Assembly (NCBI GenBank): GCA_964016885.1
Contig: OZ024741.1
Location: forward strand, 136,648,001 to 136,712,000
Reading direction: 5' to 3'
Origin: Eledone cirrhosa
Lineage: Eukaryota
DNA length: 64,000 nt
How positions within the stretch are numbered: the first letter of the stretch is position 1; every line of letters begins with the position of its first letter. Shown piece after piece: positions 41,850-56,320 of this stretch. The notes beneath the pieces were generated by a model, which was not told the DNA's origin, made no database searches, and saw nothing but the letters and a program-made list of their open reading frames with translations. The translations under genes were made by a program, and so were the position numbers.

Positions 41850-42138
41850 CCTTGTCTGGCTTTCTGGAGAATAGAGGGAAGGTGTTCCCCCGAAAACCAG
41901 TATGACTCTAAAAACCGGTTTGTCTGTGTGTTTACATACAGAATAGCTGGGCTGCTCACAGTAAAGCAACCAGTGAAAGACTTGGTACACCTACATATGT
42001 ATACGTGTGTGTATTCATATACACACTAGTATTTCAGTATGCATATGTAGATGTACATTTTTAACTTAATTGTTTAAGCGTCAGTCATACAAAAGTGAGT
42101 TACAAACGAAACGAAATTTAATTTCGTTTCGTTATTTG

Positions 42139-42206
<68 letters not shown>

Positions 42207-42254
42207 GTAGGAGGTGAGTTTTATTGTAGTAAGTGTTTTTTAACCTTCATATCC

Positions 42255-42325
42255 TATTTTATCTGATGAAAACACAAATGTTATTGCATGATGATATTTG
42301 TTTTTGAAATGCGCATAATAAAATA
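42255..42325 (+). ncRNA. Hammerhead motif in a solo PLE 3'-end fragment (about 42230-42360)
   Basis: tattttat-CTGATGA-...-GAAA-tgcgca-TA-ataaaata; near-identical to 26904-26974. Confidence 0.85.
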
Positions 42326-42364
42326 CATGGAACTCTTTTAACCATCTTTTGATCTTATATATAT

Positions 42365-43477
<1,113 letters not shown>

Positions 43478-43492
43478 ACAATATATATATAT

Positions 43493-44526
43493 ATAACAAA
43501 TATTTTTATCGCTCTACATGGCTGAATACATGAAATGTAAATCTGAGCTTTTCGAATATCTGATCGGCCTGTGATTTGCATATTGGCAGACTGGCTGATC
43601 AGTCAGATCTGCATATTAACAGATCCACTGATCAGCCATATTTGCATATCACCAGATAGGCCAGTCAGTTTCATGTATACGAGCGATTAATGGCCGGCTT
43701 TGCCATAGTTAAATAACTAACTAATATTTTTAGCGCTCTACATGGCTGCATACAAGAAATGTAAATCTAAGCTTTTCGAATATCAATAATAATATTCGAT
43801 TTGTTTGCAATTATGCAAACAGCCTCTTAGACCATGTAAGGATTTCTTGCTCTTGTGTTGGTATGCAGATCTGACTGATCAGGCAGTCTGCTGATATGCA
43901 AATCAAGCCGATCAATCACTGTATATTCCAGAAAATATATATTTTCACTAGCTCTGGCAGTTGGCAGGTAAGCAGTATACGGTACTGATGAAGAGTAATC
44001 ACCCAGAAAAATTAGTGTCTGTCGTTCTGTTTATATGTCAACACAAGAGTAAGAATGACGGTGTCATTCTACTTACATGGCTTAAAGAGGCTCTTTGCAT
44101 AATTGCAAACGAATTGAATATTATTATTTGCATAATTGCAAACGAATTAAATATTGGCAGTATCGGTAGAGGGTCGGACGCCATGCTTTCCAGCATAGTT
44201 ACGTCCCTTTACGATCTGAGTTCAAATCCCGCCGAGGTTGACTTTGCCTTTCATACTTACGGGGTAGATAAAATAAAGTACCAGTAATGCACTGGGTAAT
44301 TACTGGCCTTGTGCCTAAAGTAGAAACAATTATTAATATTCGAAAATTAATAAATCCCGCCGAGGTTAACTTTGCCTTTCATCCTTACGGGGTCGATAAA
44401 ATAAAGTACCAGTAATGTACTGGGTAATTGCTGGCCTTGTGCCAAAAGTAGAAACAATTATTAATATTCGAAAAGCTCAGATTTACATTTCCTGTATTCA
44501 GCCATGTAGAGCGATAAAACTATTTG

Positions 44527-44530
<4 letters not shown>
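43493..44530. mobile_element. Non-coding element with ~67-bp inverted ends, an internal direct repeat, a degenerate HHR (43979-44025) and a SINE insertion (about 44155-44460)
   Basis: 43493-43559 mirrored at 44464-44530; acggta-CTGATGA-...-GAAA-aattagtg-TC-tgtcgt. Confidence 0.6.
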
Positions 44531-44605
<75 letters not shown>

Positions 44606-44751
44606 CAATATATATATGTCAACATGAATGGACCTGTTATTATTATCTAAAGACATATTTTCCACCCGTCCCCTCAATCTATGTTATTTAAATCGCAGGC
44701 CCTCTTCCTGTTATTTCAAGCGTTAACCTAATATATTTCTGTTTACCTTTT

Positions 44752-45003
<252 letters not shown>

Positions 45004-45085
45004 TTCTGCATTAAATATTTATACGCTGCTTTGTATTGAGTACCTTACTTACTGTGGTTACTCCCGATTGAACCTGGGATAAACT

Positions 45086-45128
<43 letters not shown>

Positions 45129-45339
45129 ACAGATATAGATATAGATATATTTTGTTTTGCAAGGTTCTTGATATGAAATCGTGTGTTATCTCAGTGCATT
45201 ACTGGTACTTTATTTTATCGACCCCGTAAGGAGGACAGGCAAAGTTAACCTCGGCGGGATTTGAACTTAGATCGTAAATGCCCGTAACTCCATGCTGCAA
45301 AGTATGGCATCCGACCCTCTACCAATACTGCCAATCCAA

Positions 45340-46570
45340 ATAATAATAAAATACACTCACTGTTTGGTTTGGATTGGTTTTCGCTTCTATATATTTTATA
45401 TCCCTATAGTTAATTTAGCTGGCAATCAATGTTTATAATTGATTGACCAGCGGTTAAAAATATAGATATAAATATATATATATAGTCTATCAAAGTTCTT
45501 TCATCACACACCTGTGACATCATCAGTGGTACTATTATGTTCCCTCCCATTGCATTGTAATGTCTATTCCATTTTTATTTATTTATTTATTATTTTCTGT
45601 TTGCGCATGCGTTTGTGTGTGTGCTTTCTGTTTGGTGTGTGTTCGTGTCTGAGTCTCTGTGTGTTTTTATTCTATCTTTACTCACTAGTCTGTGTTTATG
45701 TGTTCTTTTTGTTATTGTACCTGTGTATATTTATTTATATTTATCTCAGGTCACTATTGTGTGTTTGTGTGTGGTTGTTGTTGTTATTCCATTCATTCTT
45801 TCTGTTCAACTTTGGTTTTCTTAGTTCTATCTCAGTTGCTTCTCTGATTTGCCTACCTGTTGAGTCATTTCTATGTTTAAATATTATTTTAATTTCTATG
45901 TTGTCTATCTTACCATCATGTATTTGTCCGGCGTGTTCATATAGTACTGAACCGTTTTTTATCCTTTTAGCCCCCCCCCCCTCCCCGTGTTGGTCTATAC
46001 TCTCTCCTATGCTTCGAGCTGTCTCACCTATGTATGTCGTCATTTTCTGTAAGTCTCCTCTATACATCTTATGCTATAGACTACATTTCTAGATTTACAA
46101 TTTATTTGTGGATTTATTCTACATATAACACATTTCTTATTAGTACAGTGGTTTTCTTAAAGGGGTAAGTTTTGCTAATCAGGGATTTTATGGTACTTCC
46201 TAGCTTTTTTACCTCTTTAATCTTTAAATGCGTCTTTCTTAGGGTCTTTCTAAATTGGTTAGCTAATTCCCCTCCAGGGGTTGCATCCACTAACATGACA
46301 CTCTGGTATCTCTGGTTGTCATACCATGAAGTGGCTTTCCCTATCTTATGTTTAGTCCTATCTAAGCTATTCCATGAGTTGCTCCTGTACAATGGGCAAA
46401 TCCCTTTCATGTCCATCTCTATGAGGGTCTTATATTTCTCCGTGGCTCCTTTGTAAACCCTGATTCTGTCTCTTTGGTTGTAGCCAGACAACTGCATGCG
46501 ATTGATGAAGTGTTGTATGTGTCTTTCCAGTTCAGTTGGATCGCACATTTTTCGTCACTCTTACCAAGTC
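45340..46570 (-). mobile_element. 5'-truncated Penelope-like element with HHR at 45489-45530
   Basis: MCDPTELERHIQHF, YIGETARSIGE; acca-CTGATGA-tgtcac aggtgt gtgat-GAAAG-aa-CTT-tga. Confidence 0.85.
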
Positions 46571-47114
46571 TTCGATCGGAATATTAAACTTAGGTGGACT
46601 TTGGCAGTTTTGACCTCTACTACCTGTACTGCTGGTCCGCTCGGAGTCACAGCGTCTGACACAAGTCAAACGCTGTCCAGTAGAGTAAGAGACGAGGGAC
46701 AAAATATTAATTCATAGCAATTAAGCTGCATGTACACAGAAAACTTTATGTGACGTCAAGGAAAAAGTGTGGTGCCTCTTATACCACGAAAGTCAGGAAT
46801 GAAAAAGAAAGACGAAAATATGCAGAAAGAGGAAAGTAAGGTATAGTGTTTATAAATGTGTAAGCCATTGCAATAGATTGGGTAGAAGAGATATACCACA
46901 AGAAACATATATAACATCCACTTTGCACATCAGCTGTCTAACTGAAGCAGACACTATGCGTTGCAATCCAACATATCCAGACTGACGGATGACGAGCGAA
47001 GATGACGTTATGTTTGTTCCATGTCGTATTTGTACGGGTCTGCGTTCTTTCATGTAGATATTTTGGTAATATTTGATATTCACCGTAAGGCATATAACCC
47101 CTTGATCGAACTAC

Positions 47115-47210
<96 letters not shown>

Positions 47211-47262
47211 CACACACACGCACATACACACGCGCGCGCGCGCACACAAACACACACACACG

Positions 47263-47294
<32 letters not shown>

Positions 47295-47369
47295 AGAACG
47301 AGTAGGACCCCGACGGCTGAGCTCAAGCCGTTTCGACGGCTAATTCTGGACTGAATTATATATATATAT

Positions 47370-50300
47370 AATTTCAAGTTATCAATAATGTAGTGATAAT
47401 ATATCGTCACGTTAGAGATGAACAGCGTACGTGTAGGTTTGCTCAACGAGTATAAATTATATTCCGGAGAAAATGTAGAAAAGATGAATATAAAATGAAA
47501 GTGCTTTTATAAAGGAATTTATTAGGTATTGACATATGTTTCTGTAACAGACGGAATACCTATGTATCGCTGCTTGCATAATCATATAATGTTAGCAAGT
47601 ATTCGATAGCAAATGTATAATCAGTTGTCACTTCTTCAGAGATATTGGATAAATTGGAAAAAATCAGAAAAATCAAGGTATTTATATTAGTTGTAAGAAA
47701 GGAAGAAGAGAAGGGATAGTATATGACAGATGCAATCCAATTTGCTGGTAAACAAGTATATAGAAGGTTTTTAATGAGAATACAATGAGTATATGGCTTA
47801 TTTTATCTAAATAAGAATTTTTGGGCGTGCCTATTTTAATCTATATTTGACCAATTGAACAATGGACAGGGCTGGTCGTTTGGTGTAGTAGTATTAATAC
47901 AGATATAAAGTGTCAAATAAGGAAGAGAGAGATTTTCACTGCTACTGTATAACAACAATGCTGGTAGCCTGCTGGTATATGCATTAGGGAATTGAATTAA
48001 GAAATCTCATTTTATTTATAGAAGTTTATATTAAATGGTAAAGAATAGAAGAGTTGATAGAATTAAGACTAATAGAGAATGTTAATATGTATTTTGACAA
48101 TCAAACGGAGACGGAGACAGGCGTTCAATCCTGGTAGCGTTTGTAATATGAAAATGTAGAGTTCAAGCGATGGTTACAGTATAACGATCGCTCTATTCTG
48201 TTATTTAATAAAATATTTTTGGATTTCATAATACAAAATATTTCCATATTACACAATTTACAAAATTCCTGTCCTTGGGATATGCAGGGGCAACCGCTAT
48301 TATATCCCATTTTAGGTTAAATTGTTGGTTATTTTCGCGCAGCTGCGAAGCCTTGTCTGCGAGTGTTATTACATAACGCTGGTTTTCATGTTTTATCGAG
48401 TAACGATGTCTATAAAGGCGAGATTTGAAGGAGGTAGCTGTAGACCCCACATAGTACCACTTCTGGCTACCCGATTCGATAGTACATTTGTATATGATGT
48501 TGCGTTCAAGACACTGATTGTTCAACGGACACATTCCTGGTTGGACACAGTTACAGTTATAATTATGCGTTGTTGTATTACCATGGATGGGTTGATGAGG
48601 TTGCTTAGGCAGGACGGGATGTTGTTTGTTGTTTTGTGATGTTATAGCCGATGTTTTACGTGTATTGTTATGTGTTGGAAGACGTTTATACAACCGTTTT
48701 GCGTTAAGCTTTTTTATATGTTGTTCAATATTAGGGGCGGTTGAATATGAAAGTCGAATAGTGTTAGGGTTTAAGATTTTATTATATTTATGTGATGTTG
48801 GAAAATGTTTTTTAACTAATCGAAAGAATTGTGAGGGTAGATTGGTTTTAATAGAGTTGTTATAGACCGGGTTGTACCATATATACTCTTTACATCGCCT
48901 TCTGTTTGGTGGTGTCCCACTATTAGTGTGTCTATTGCGGTAGTGTATGTATGGTGGTGATTCTGTGCTATTTCTACTCCTATGGGATTTATTTTGGGTG
49001 TTTTGGTGATCGTCAACTATATACTCTATATTATCTAGGTGTCCAGCCTTCCTAAGTGCATCATCATAATATTCGGCATGTTCTTTGAAGGTTTGCTGGT
49101 TGGACGAAAGGTGGGAGATTCTAAGGGAAATATTTCTAGGGATGGATTTAATTGTAGAGGGTGGATGGTTAGAACTCGTATTTACATATTTAAGGTTCTC
49201 ATTTAGTTTATGGAACGGTTTAATCGTTTCTGTATTGAGATTCAAAGTAACATCAAGGAAATTAACCTCTTTGAGGTTATATTCAAACGTAATATTTAAT
49301 CCTAGTTCCTTAAAAAGCTTTCTAATATTTTTACGCATCCTTTCTAAATTCTGGTTATTCATATGCTTAACTAATAGGAGCGCATCGTCACGGTAGAGTC
49401 CACTGTGGAGATCCTTGAATTTTCCTTGTAGTCTGTGGGTGATATAAATTCCCACAAGATCAGTTACTTCCGCCGAATCATTAGAACCCATAGTTATATC
49501 AAAATTAGAAGGTCTATCTTTGCGAACCCAGTAGCTATCATCAAATTTAACAATACTTTTCCTCGCTTCCATAATAATACTAATTTCATCATCCGTAAGG
49601 TCGGAGTTAGCCTTAGCGAACGAAAGGGCTTCATGCAGTGTATCAGGTGAGATTGAGGAATAATACTCATCAATATCGAACTGAATAAATTTTGATATCT
49701 TCTTATCAGTAATGCTATTAAACTATCTTATTGCTTCATAGTTTAATATCTACTTTAGCCTTAACTTGGGGATAATTATGTATAATATATATTTGCTAAT
49801 TTTGCCTGTATCAGATTTAGAGGAGCATATAAGTCTAATTTTAGGGTCAGTATCGAAGTTTACCTTATGGTCCTTCAGGTTGAAGGATGGTGTAGCTGGT
49901 GTTAAGGGTTGCGTTCTATCGTCAATACAAAGTTTTTTAACAATTTCACATGCCGAGTTGTTGATGTTTCTAAGTGTAGCTCCATTAGTTTTCTTGTATT
50001 TTTTATACAATTCCTTATGGATGAAGTTATTGTAAGTGTCCACATCCATGGTATATACGTTTGATGTTTTGTCTGCTCTAACAATAATTCCATTGGCGTT
50101 TTTTTAGATTATTGAGCAGTGCCGTGATGTCATTCTGTAGTTTATTGTTTTTCCGTTTTGTAAATTTGATCTCCATGATCGTATCCATTAGGTCCTGTTC
50201 AAATGCATCCAAAAGTGGGTTTGAGGGTGGGTTTTTGTAAGATTTAAATCCAAATTTATCCTTGTTAAGATCCGATGTTTGGTTTATACGGCTTTTGTCA

Positions 50301-50720
50301 AAATGGAATGTTTTCCATCTGATTCGTCGAATAAAATCATTGGTCCTTCGTATCATACCTAGAATATATTCCTTTTTTGCCTGAATAGGTATGTTTTTTA
50401 ACAACATATCCAATTGGTGCCTTTCCATTTTAGAGACGTATGCTGAATTAGTTGCTCAACTGTATAGGAGATTATTAAAATTTCAAGTTATCAATAATGT
50501 AGTGATAATATATCGTCACGTTCGAGATGACAGCGTACGTGTAGGTTTGCTCAACGAGTATAAATTATATTCCGGAGAAAATGTAGAACAGATGAATATA
50601 AAATGAAAGTGCTTTTATAAAGGAATTTATTAGGTATTGACATATGTTTCTGTAACAGACGGAATACCTATGTATCGCTACTTGCGTAATCATATAATGT
50701 TAACAAGTATTCGATAGAAA

Positions 50721-50725
<5 letters not shown>
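47370..50725 (-). mobile_element. Near full-length Penelope-like element with direct pseudo-LTRs (47370-47617 and 50479-50725); ORF disrupted
   Basis: KNIPI..FIRRIRWK, LKDHK, YRDD, CNC..CPLNNQCL, YYVGSTATSFKSRL; ~245-bp direct terminal repeats; (TA)n flanks. Confidence 0.92.
47527..47644 (-). ncRNA. Hammerhead motif with a very long stem II in the PLE pseudo-LTR
   Basis: CTGAAGA-agtgaca...~85 nt...tgttaca-GAAAC-atat-GTC; stem I pairing is weak. Confidence 0.5.
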
Positions 50726-50754
<29 letters not shown>

Positions 50755-50756
<2 letters not shown>

Positions 50757-53585
50757 ACGAATTATAATTTAATACTGACCATAAACATATAGTAATAATA
50801 ATAAATGTAAAGACTAAAATCCAAAGAGGGTTCGATAAGGTTAAATATATATCAAGAATATAAGAACCCTAGAGCAAATATTTATTAAAATAACAGATTA
50901 ATATTTAAGCAAAGAATCGTTGCTTTCACCCTTAACGGGATCTTCTGAAACTAAAAAAATCAATCTGTGAACGGAGAAGTAAATATTTCGAAAAACCTTG
51001 CAACCGAAGGAAAACAGGAAGACGATACTTTGATTCGTGAAGACGTTCCCTGGCAATGAACAGAAAAAAGCGATGATAATACGTCGTTATGTGGAGCGTT
51101 GAGAACAAATACACGAAAAGACAAAACCACGTTATGATATAAATGGAGTCATTAGACTAATATTCTATTCAGGAAACCGAATGATTCTCGGCTTCGGAGT
51201 TATGAATAATTGTTTCTACTTTTAGCACAAGGCCAGCAATTAACCAGTGCATTGCTGGTACTTTATTTTAACGAGACCGTAAGGATGAAAGGCAAAGTTA
51301 ACCTCGGCGGGATTTGAACTGAGAATGGCAAGAGCCGTAACTCTTAGAGTTAAGAATAATTGTTTCTACTTTTGGCACAAGGCCAGCAAATACCTAGTGC
51401 ATTACTGGTACTTTATTTTATCTACCCCGTAGAAAGAAAATGACAGAGGTTATTAAAATCACAAAAGTAATAATAATTAAATATATACATACACACATCT
51501 ATATACGTACATACACGTGCATACGCGAAAACACACGCCATGCATGCATAAACATGCACGTGCACATAAACACGCGCACGCGTACGTAAACGCGCGCGAC
51601 ACATATACCCGCACACATACGAACGTATACACCAAAACACATATAGAAATAAAAATTAAAAATATATATATAGGTTATCCGCGTATTGTTCGTACTATCC
51701 GTTATGGTATAATGTGGGGCTGTAATGCAGGAAAGTTTTATGCAATTTGTGTTTACATGCCGATATTTTGTTTAAGATGTGATCATTGGCGTAAAGTATT
51801 TCCAGGGCTTCAGCGGCGCAAAGATCGCATGGTCTTTTATTTCCGTTATACGATCTAGCTTTAACTAGGATCTTCCAGTGTAGCCTATATTGGGTGCGGT
51901 TGTCTTTTAGACTCCAGATATAAGCTGAAAGTGACGTCAAATTCCTTCTTAAAGGGTTAAGAAAAGAATGGCTGCGCATGTAAAGAGGTTGCTTGAATCT
52001 ATTGGCGGTTAACCCTATGTAAGCTCTACTAGACGTGGGTGTTTCGACCTTACATTTGTAGACAATGTTACTAGAGAGGCATTTCCCGGATATAGGCAGT
52101 CAATCCGTTTCCTGCAATTACAGTTAGTACTAGCTACAGGGTTGCATGTGTTACTACGGCTAGGTAATTTAGCTAAATTTGAAGCGGTGATGTTATGTGC
52201 AAAGTTAGGAGTCGTGGAGTAAGATAGTTTAACGGTATTTCTATTAAAAATGTTATTATATTTATGTGCTGAGGAGAAATGCTTCTTAATAAGGGAGAGA
52301 CAGATCTTAGCTAATGGTGTGGCCACTTCCATATTATATGGTGGGTTTTACCATATATTGCGTCGGGATCTATTTTTCCTATGTTTATGCTCATACTTAG
52401 TATATGCTACCTTATCGACAAATCCACTCCGAGCAAGAGCTTCATTGTAATATGTGGAAAGGTCGGTGAAAATATGCTTGTTTGTAGATAGACGGGAAAG
52501 CCTCAAAGAAACGTTTCTTACCAGGTTCTTGGTTATGCTGGCAGGATGGTTAGAATGCTTTCTATTCGGGTAGTGCAAACCATTCGACAAATTGAGGGTA
52601 ACGTCGAGGTAGTTTACGACCGAAAGGTTGGCCTCAACTTGTATGGATAGGTTGATGCCTTTCAAGAAGGCTGTGAGTTCTTTTCTAAACCTGTCGCAAG
52701 CGTGGGGACCGCACTTTGCCATGGTCAAAAGACCGTAATAGCGGTACAAACAACCGCCCACATTAGGGAATTCTTCCTTGATAGAGAAAAGAAGGAAAGA
52801 CCGATAAGATCTGTAACCACCGCCGAATCGCTGGCGCCCATACTCACCTCGAATTGGGTACTATTAGATTTTTTATCCAAATAGAGTTGTCGAAATTAAT
52901 CACCGACATACGGGCATTGAGGACGACATCAACTTCGAAATCCTTAACCACCATGAGCGTATATGTGCTTGTATTTGTTATAGGTGTATAAGTGCAATTC
53001 GTGTTGGTGCGTGTATATTTATATGCATGTATGCGTGCTTGCACGTATGTAAGGTGTGTATGTGTGTACATTGGGATTTGGTATATGTACGTATGGTGAA
53101 CATGTAGGTATGTGTGTGCGTGCGTTATATACATATTTATGTGTGTATATTTATATACGTTTATATAATTATATGTATATATATATACACATACACACAC
53201 ATTTTTATTTTTATATGTGTTTTGGTATATACGTTCGTATGTGTGCGGGTACATGTGTCGCGCGCGATTACGTACGTGTGCGCGTGTTTATGTGTACGTG
53301 CATGTTTTTGCATGCATGGCGTGTGTTTTCGAGGTTTTGTCTTTGCGTGTATTTGTTCCCTCGTCCACATAACGACGTATTATCTTCGCTTTTTTCTGTT
53401 CCTTGCCAGGGAACGTCTTCACGAACCAAAGTATCGTCTTCCTGTTTTTCTTCGGTTGCAAGGTTTTTCGAAAAATTTACTTCTGCGTTGACAGATTGAT
53501 TTTTTTTTAGTTTCGGAAGATCCCAATAAGGGTGTAAGCAGCGATTCTTTGCTTAAACTTTGATCTGTTATTTTAATAAATAATT
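50755..53585 (-). mobile_element. Degenerate Penelope-like element with an inverted copy of its 3' UTR at the 5' end; SINE inserted at about 51190-51430
   Basis: NYLDVTLNL, LSYSTTPN, CNCRKRIDC, CDLCAAE; 50880-51125 and 51515-51660 are mirrored at 53200-53585; core-mutated HHRs at 50903-50952 (-) and 53509-53559 (+). Confidence 0.85.
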
Positions 53586-53611
53586 TTGCCTGGAAACTTA
53601 CATGAGAATAG

Positions 53612-53694
53612 ACTTTCCTGACGACGGAATGCTTCTCTATATTATTCTTCGGAAAATATATTTACTCCATTCCAGAAACTAATTAGTTGGAAGT
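53612..53694 (+). ncRNA. Type I hammerhead ribozyme motif
   Basis: actttc-CTGACGA-c ggaatg...cattcc a-GAAAC-taatta-GTT-ggaagt; palindromic ACTAATTAGT stem III. Confidence 0.85.
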
Positions 53695-54134
53695 GATATT
53701 TTAGTAAGTAAGTTAATTTTATAATTTTCTTATTTTACGTCTCTTATATTATTGTTCTGCAACCCCATGCATTGAACCACACTGTTATTAAGACAAAACC
53801 TATATATTTGCTAGCATTGATATGCATCTGTATGTATATATATGTTACTAGATATGAATTCTTTATTATTATCTCCAAATTATTTGTCGAGCAATATTGG
53901 CCATGACTGCTGCTACGGTTGTAGGTAGGCCGCTGTCTTATTAGCAAACCACTTTCCACTGATTGACCTCGATGTCACGTGTTCGATTCTTTTTGAATTT
54001 GCCACAAACGTAGAGGCAGTGATTTTCTCAATGGCTTGGAATCCAGTTCACGCTTCGCTATTTCCTATCCACTGAATTATTTTTTAATAAGTTTCCAGTG
54101 TCCTCGCTTTGCCTGGAAACTTACATGAGAATAG

Positions 54135-54217
54135 ACTTTCCTGACGACGGAATGCATCTCTATATTATTCTTCGGCAAATATATTTACTCAATTCCAGAA
54201 ACTAATTAGTTGGAAGT
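54135..54217 (+). ncRNA. Type I hammerhead ribozyme motif, second copy
   Basis: Same core and stems as 53612-53694, with a few stem II substitutions. Confidence 0.82.
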
Positions 54218-54303
54218 GATATTTTAGTAAGTTAATTTTATAATTTTCTTATTTTACGTCTCTTATATATATATACGTGTGTGTGTGTGTGTGTGTGCGT
54301 GTG

Positions 54304-54476
<173 letters not shown>

Positions 54477-54821
54477 GTGGTAGCTATGGTGCTTCCGTAG
54501 GCGGTATGCCAAAATCATCAGTTGAGTAGACTAAGTGCAACAAGTATCTGAGAATAATATAGTGTTCCACTTTCATTTGTACAAAGGTGGTAGGTAGGCG
54601 GAATCGTTAGACCGTCGGACAATATGCTTTGTGGTATCTAATTACATCGTTTCGAGGTTGAAATAAAATACCAGCCAAGCACTGGAGTCATTTTAATCGA
54701 CCAAAATAAACCTACCACCACCACTCAAAATTGCTGAATTGTAATTTCCTTAGTGTGTGCAGAGCAAGAAATCTCAAAAACTAGTTTTGTCAACTAAACA
54801 AACAGAAAACATATATATATA

Positions 54822-54939
54822 CTAGCTGAGGTACCCGGCTTCGCCCAGGAGAACAGTTAAGAGAAGACGGGTAAAAGAGAAAACGACTGTATTGGATGTG
54901 TTGTCTGGTTTACAGTATGAGGTGATACTGTAATGTGTT

Positions 54940-55037
<98 letters not shown>

Positions 55038-55038
55038 G

Positions 55039-55071
<33 letters not shown>

Positions 55072-55250
55072 GGGGAGAGAGAGAGTATAGAGATATGTAT
55101 TTATGTATTATGGCCCTGTAACTCCTGGGGAAGTCGTAGGGGTGTCATATTAACAGTCGGCGTGTCTAGGGCATTTTTTTCTTTTAAACCTGGTGGAGCC
55201 CATATCCTTTCTAGGTCTGAATGCAACAGATTTCTTCCAGAGTGAGAGTG
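54822..55250 (-). mobile_element. Non-autonomous Helitron 3' end carrying a (GA)n tract
   Basis: Minus strand reads GGGCGAAGCCGGGTACCTCAG-CTAG|T (GC-rich subterminal segment plus CTAG terminus); 5' limit uncertain. Confidence 0.6.
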
Positions 55251-55431
55251 AGAGAGAGGAAATGAGAAAGAAACATAGAGGAAGAATCGACCCCAGTACT
55301 AGACTGGTACTTTTTTATCGATCTTAAATGGATGACCTCCTCGGGATTTAGACTCAGAGAGCAGTGTCGAGTGGATACTGCAAAGCATTATACATGACGT
55401 TCCTACGACTCTGCCAATTCGCCGCCCTATA

Positions 55432-55475
<44 letters not shown>

Positions 55476-55480
<5 letters not shown>

Positions 55481-55798
55481 TATCCCCGACATTTACGGTT
55501 CCGACTTTCGCTATCCCGGTTATTCGCGGAATTTTCCTTAGAACCTAACTAATAATTGTTCGTGGGAACCACCGCATCTTCGCGGAATCGTAAATTTAAT
55601 GCTAAATTATTAATAAGAATATACCGTATTTGCCGGTCTATCCGACGCCCCTTTGCATAAGATGCTGCCTCTTTTTTTTTTTTTTTAATATTTTGACGTT
55701 TATAGGCATTTTTATAGACTAAGTCCGATATTCACGGTTTTTCACTCTTCGTTGGTGCTCTGGGAACGTAACCCCCGCTAAGAACCGGGGGATAACTG
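55476..55798. mobile_element. Tigger/pogo-like MITE
   Basis: Imperfect TIRs tagtgtatccccg / cgggggataactg with TA flanks. Confidence 0.6.
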
Positions 55799-55934
55799 TA
55801 TATACTAGTGAACTATCGCTAATGTAAAGTAATGATATTTCGTTGTTCTAACGGAATGTATGCTCTATATGTTTTTCTGTGTTTTTGTTTTTGTTTTTGT
55901 TTTTTATATATAAGCTGTTTAATTTGCTGTACCA

Positions 55935-56320
55935 ATAATTGTTTCTACTTTTGGCACAAGGCCAGCAAATACCCAGTGTATTACTGGTACTTTATTTTAT
56001 CGACCCCGTAAGGATGAAAGGCAAAGTTAACCTCGGCGGGATTTGAACTCAGAATGGCAAGTGCCGTAACTCTATGCGTCAAAACATGGCGTCCGACCCT
56101 CTACCGATACTGCCAATCCCCCGCCATATAATTGTTTCTACTTTAGGCACAAGGCCAGCAATTACCCAGTGCATTACTGGTACTTTATTTTATCGCCCCC
56201 GTAAGGATGAAAGGCAAAGTCAACCTCGGCGGGATTTGAACTCAGATCGTAAAGGGACGTAACAATGCTGGAAAGCATGGCGTCCGACCCTCTACCGATA
56301 CTGCCAATCCACCGCCCTCA
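55935..56320 (-). mobile_element. Tandem pair of tRNA-derived SINEs; family also at about 3140-3300, 18200-18340, 44155-44460, 45190-45335, 51190-51430 and 55290-55425
   Basis: A-box-like tggcagtatcggtag, B-box gagttcaaatccc, conserved body ttgcctttcatccttacggggtcgataaaataaagtaccagt. Confidence 0.8.

Larger units (their letters stand above)
53585..54265 (+). mobile_element. Non-coding retrozyme-like element: ~160-bp direct repeats 523 bp apart, each with an intact hammerhead
   Basis: tttgcctggaaacttacatg... at 53585 and 54108; ends in (TA)n/(TG)n. Confidence 0.85.

Noticed and set aside
40728-41990. Three near-identical 72-aa ORFs suggesting a small gene family
   Set aside because: GTG-started ORFs antisense to the HHR strand, produced by the 467-bp repeat, with no recognisable domain.
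46575-46717. Possible + strand exon (ttag|GTGGACTTTGG...)
   Set aside because: No recognisable protein similarity and no clear partner exon; cannot be supported.
48226-50428. Selenocysteine (UGA) read-through as in some PLE clades
   Set aside because: The interruptions are frameshifts and TAG stops rather than conserved in-frame TGA, and the endonuclease is C-terminal.
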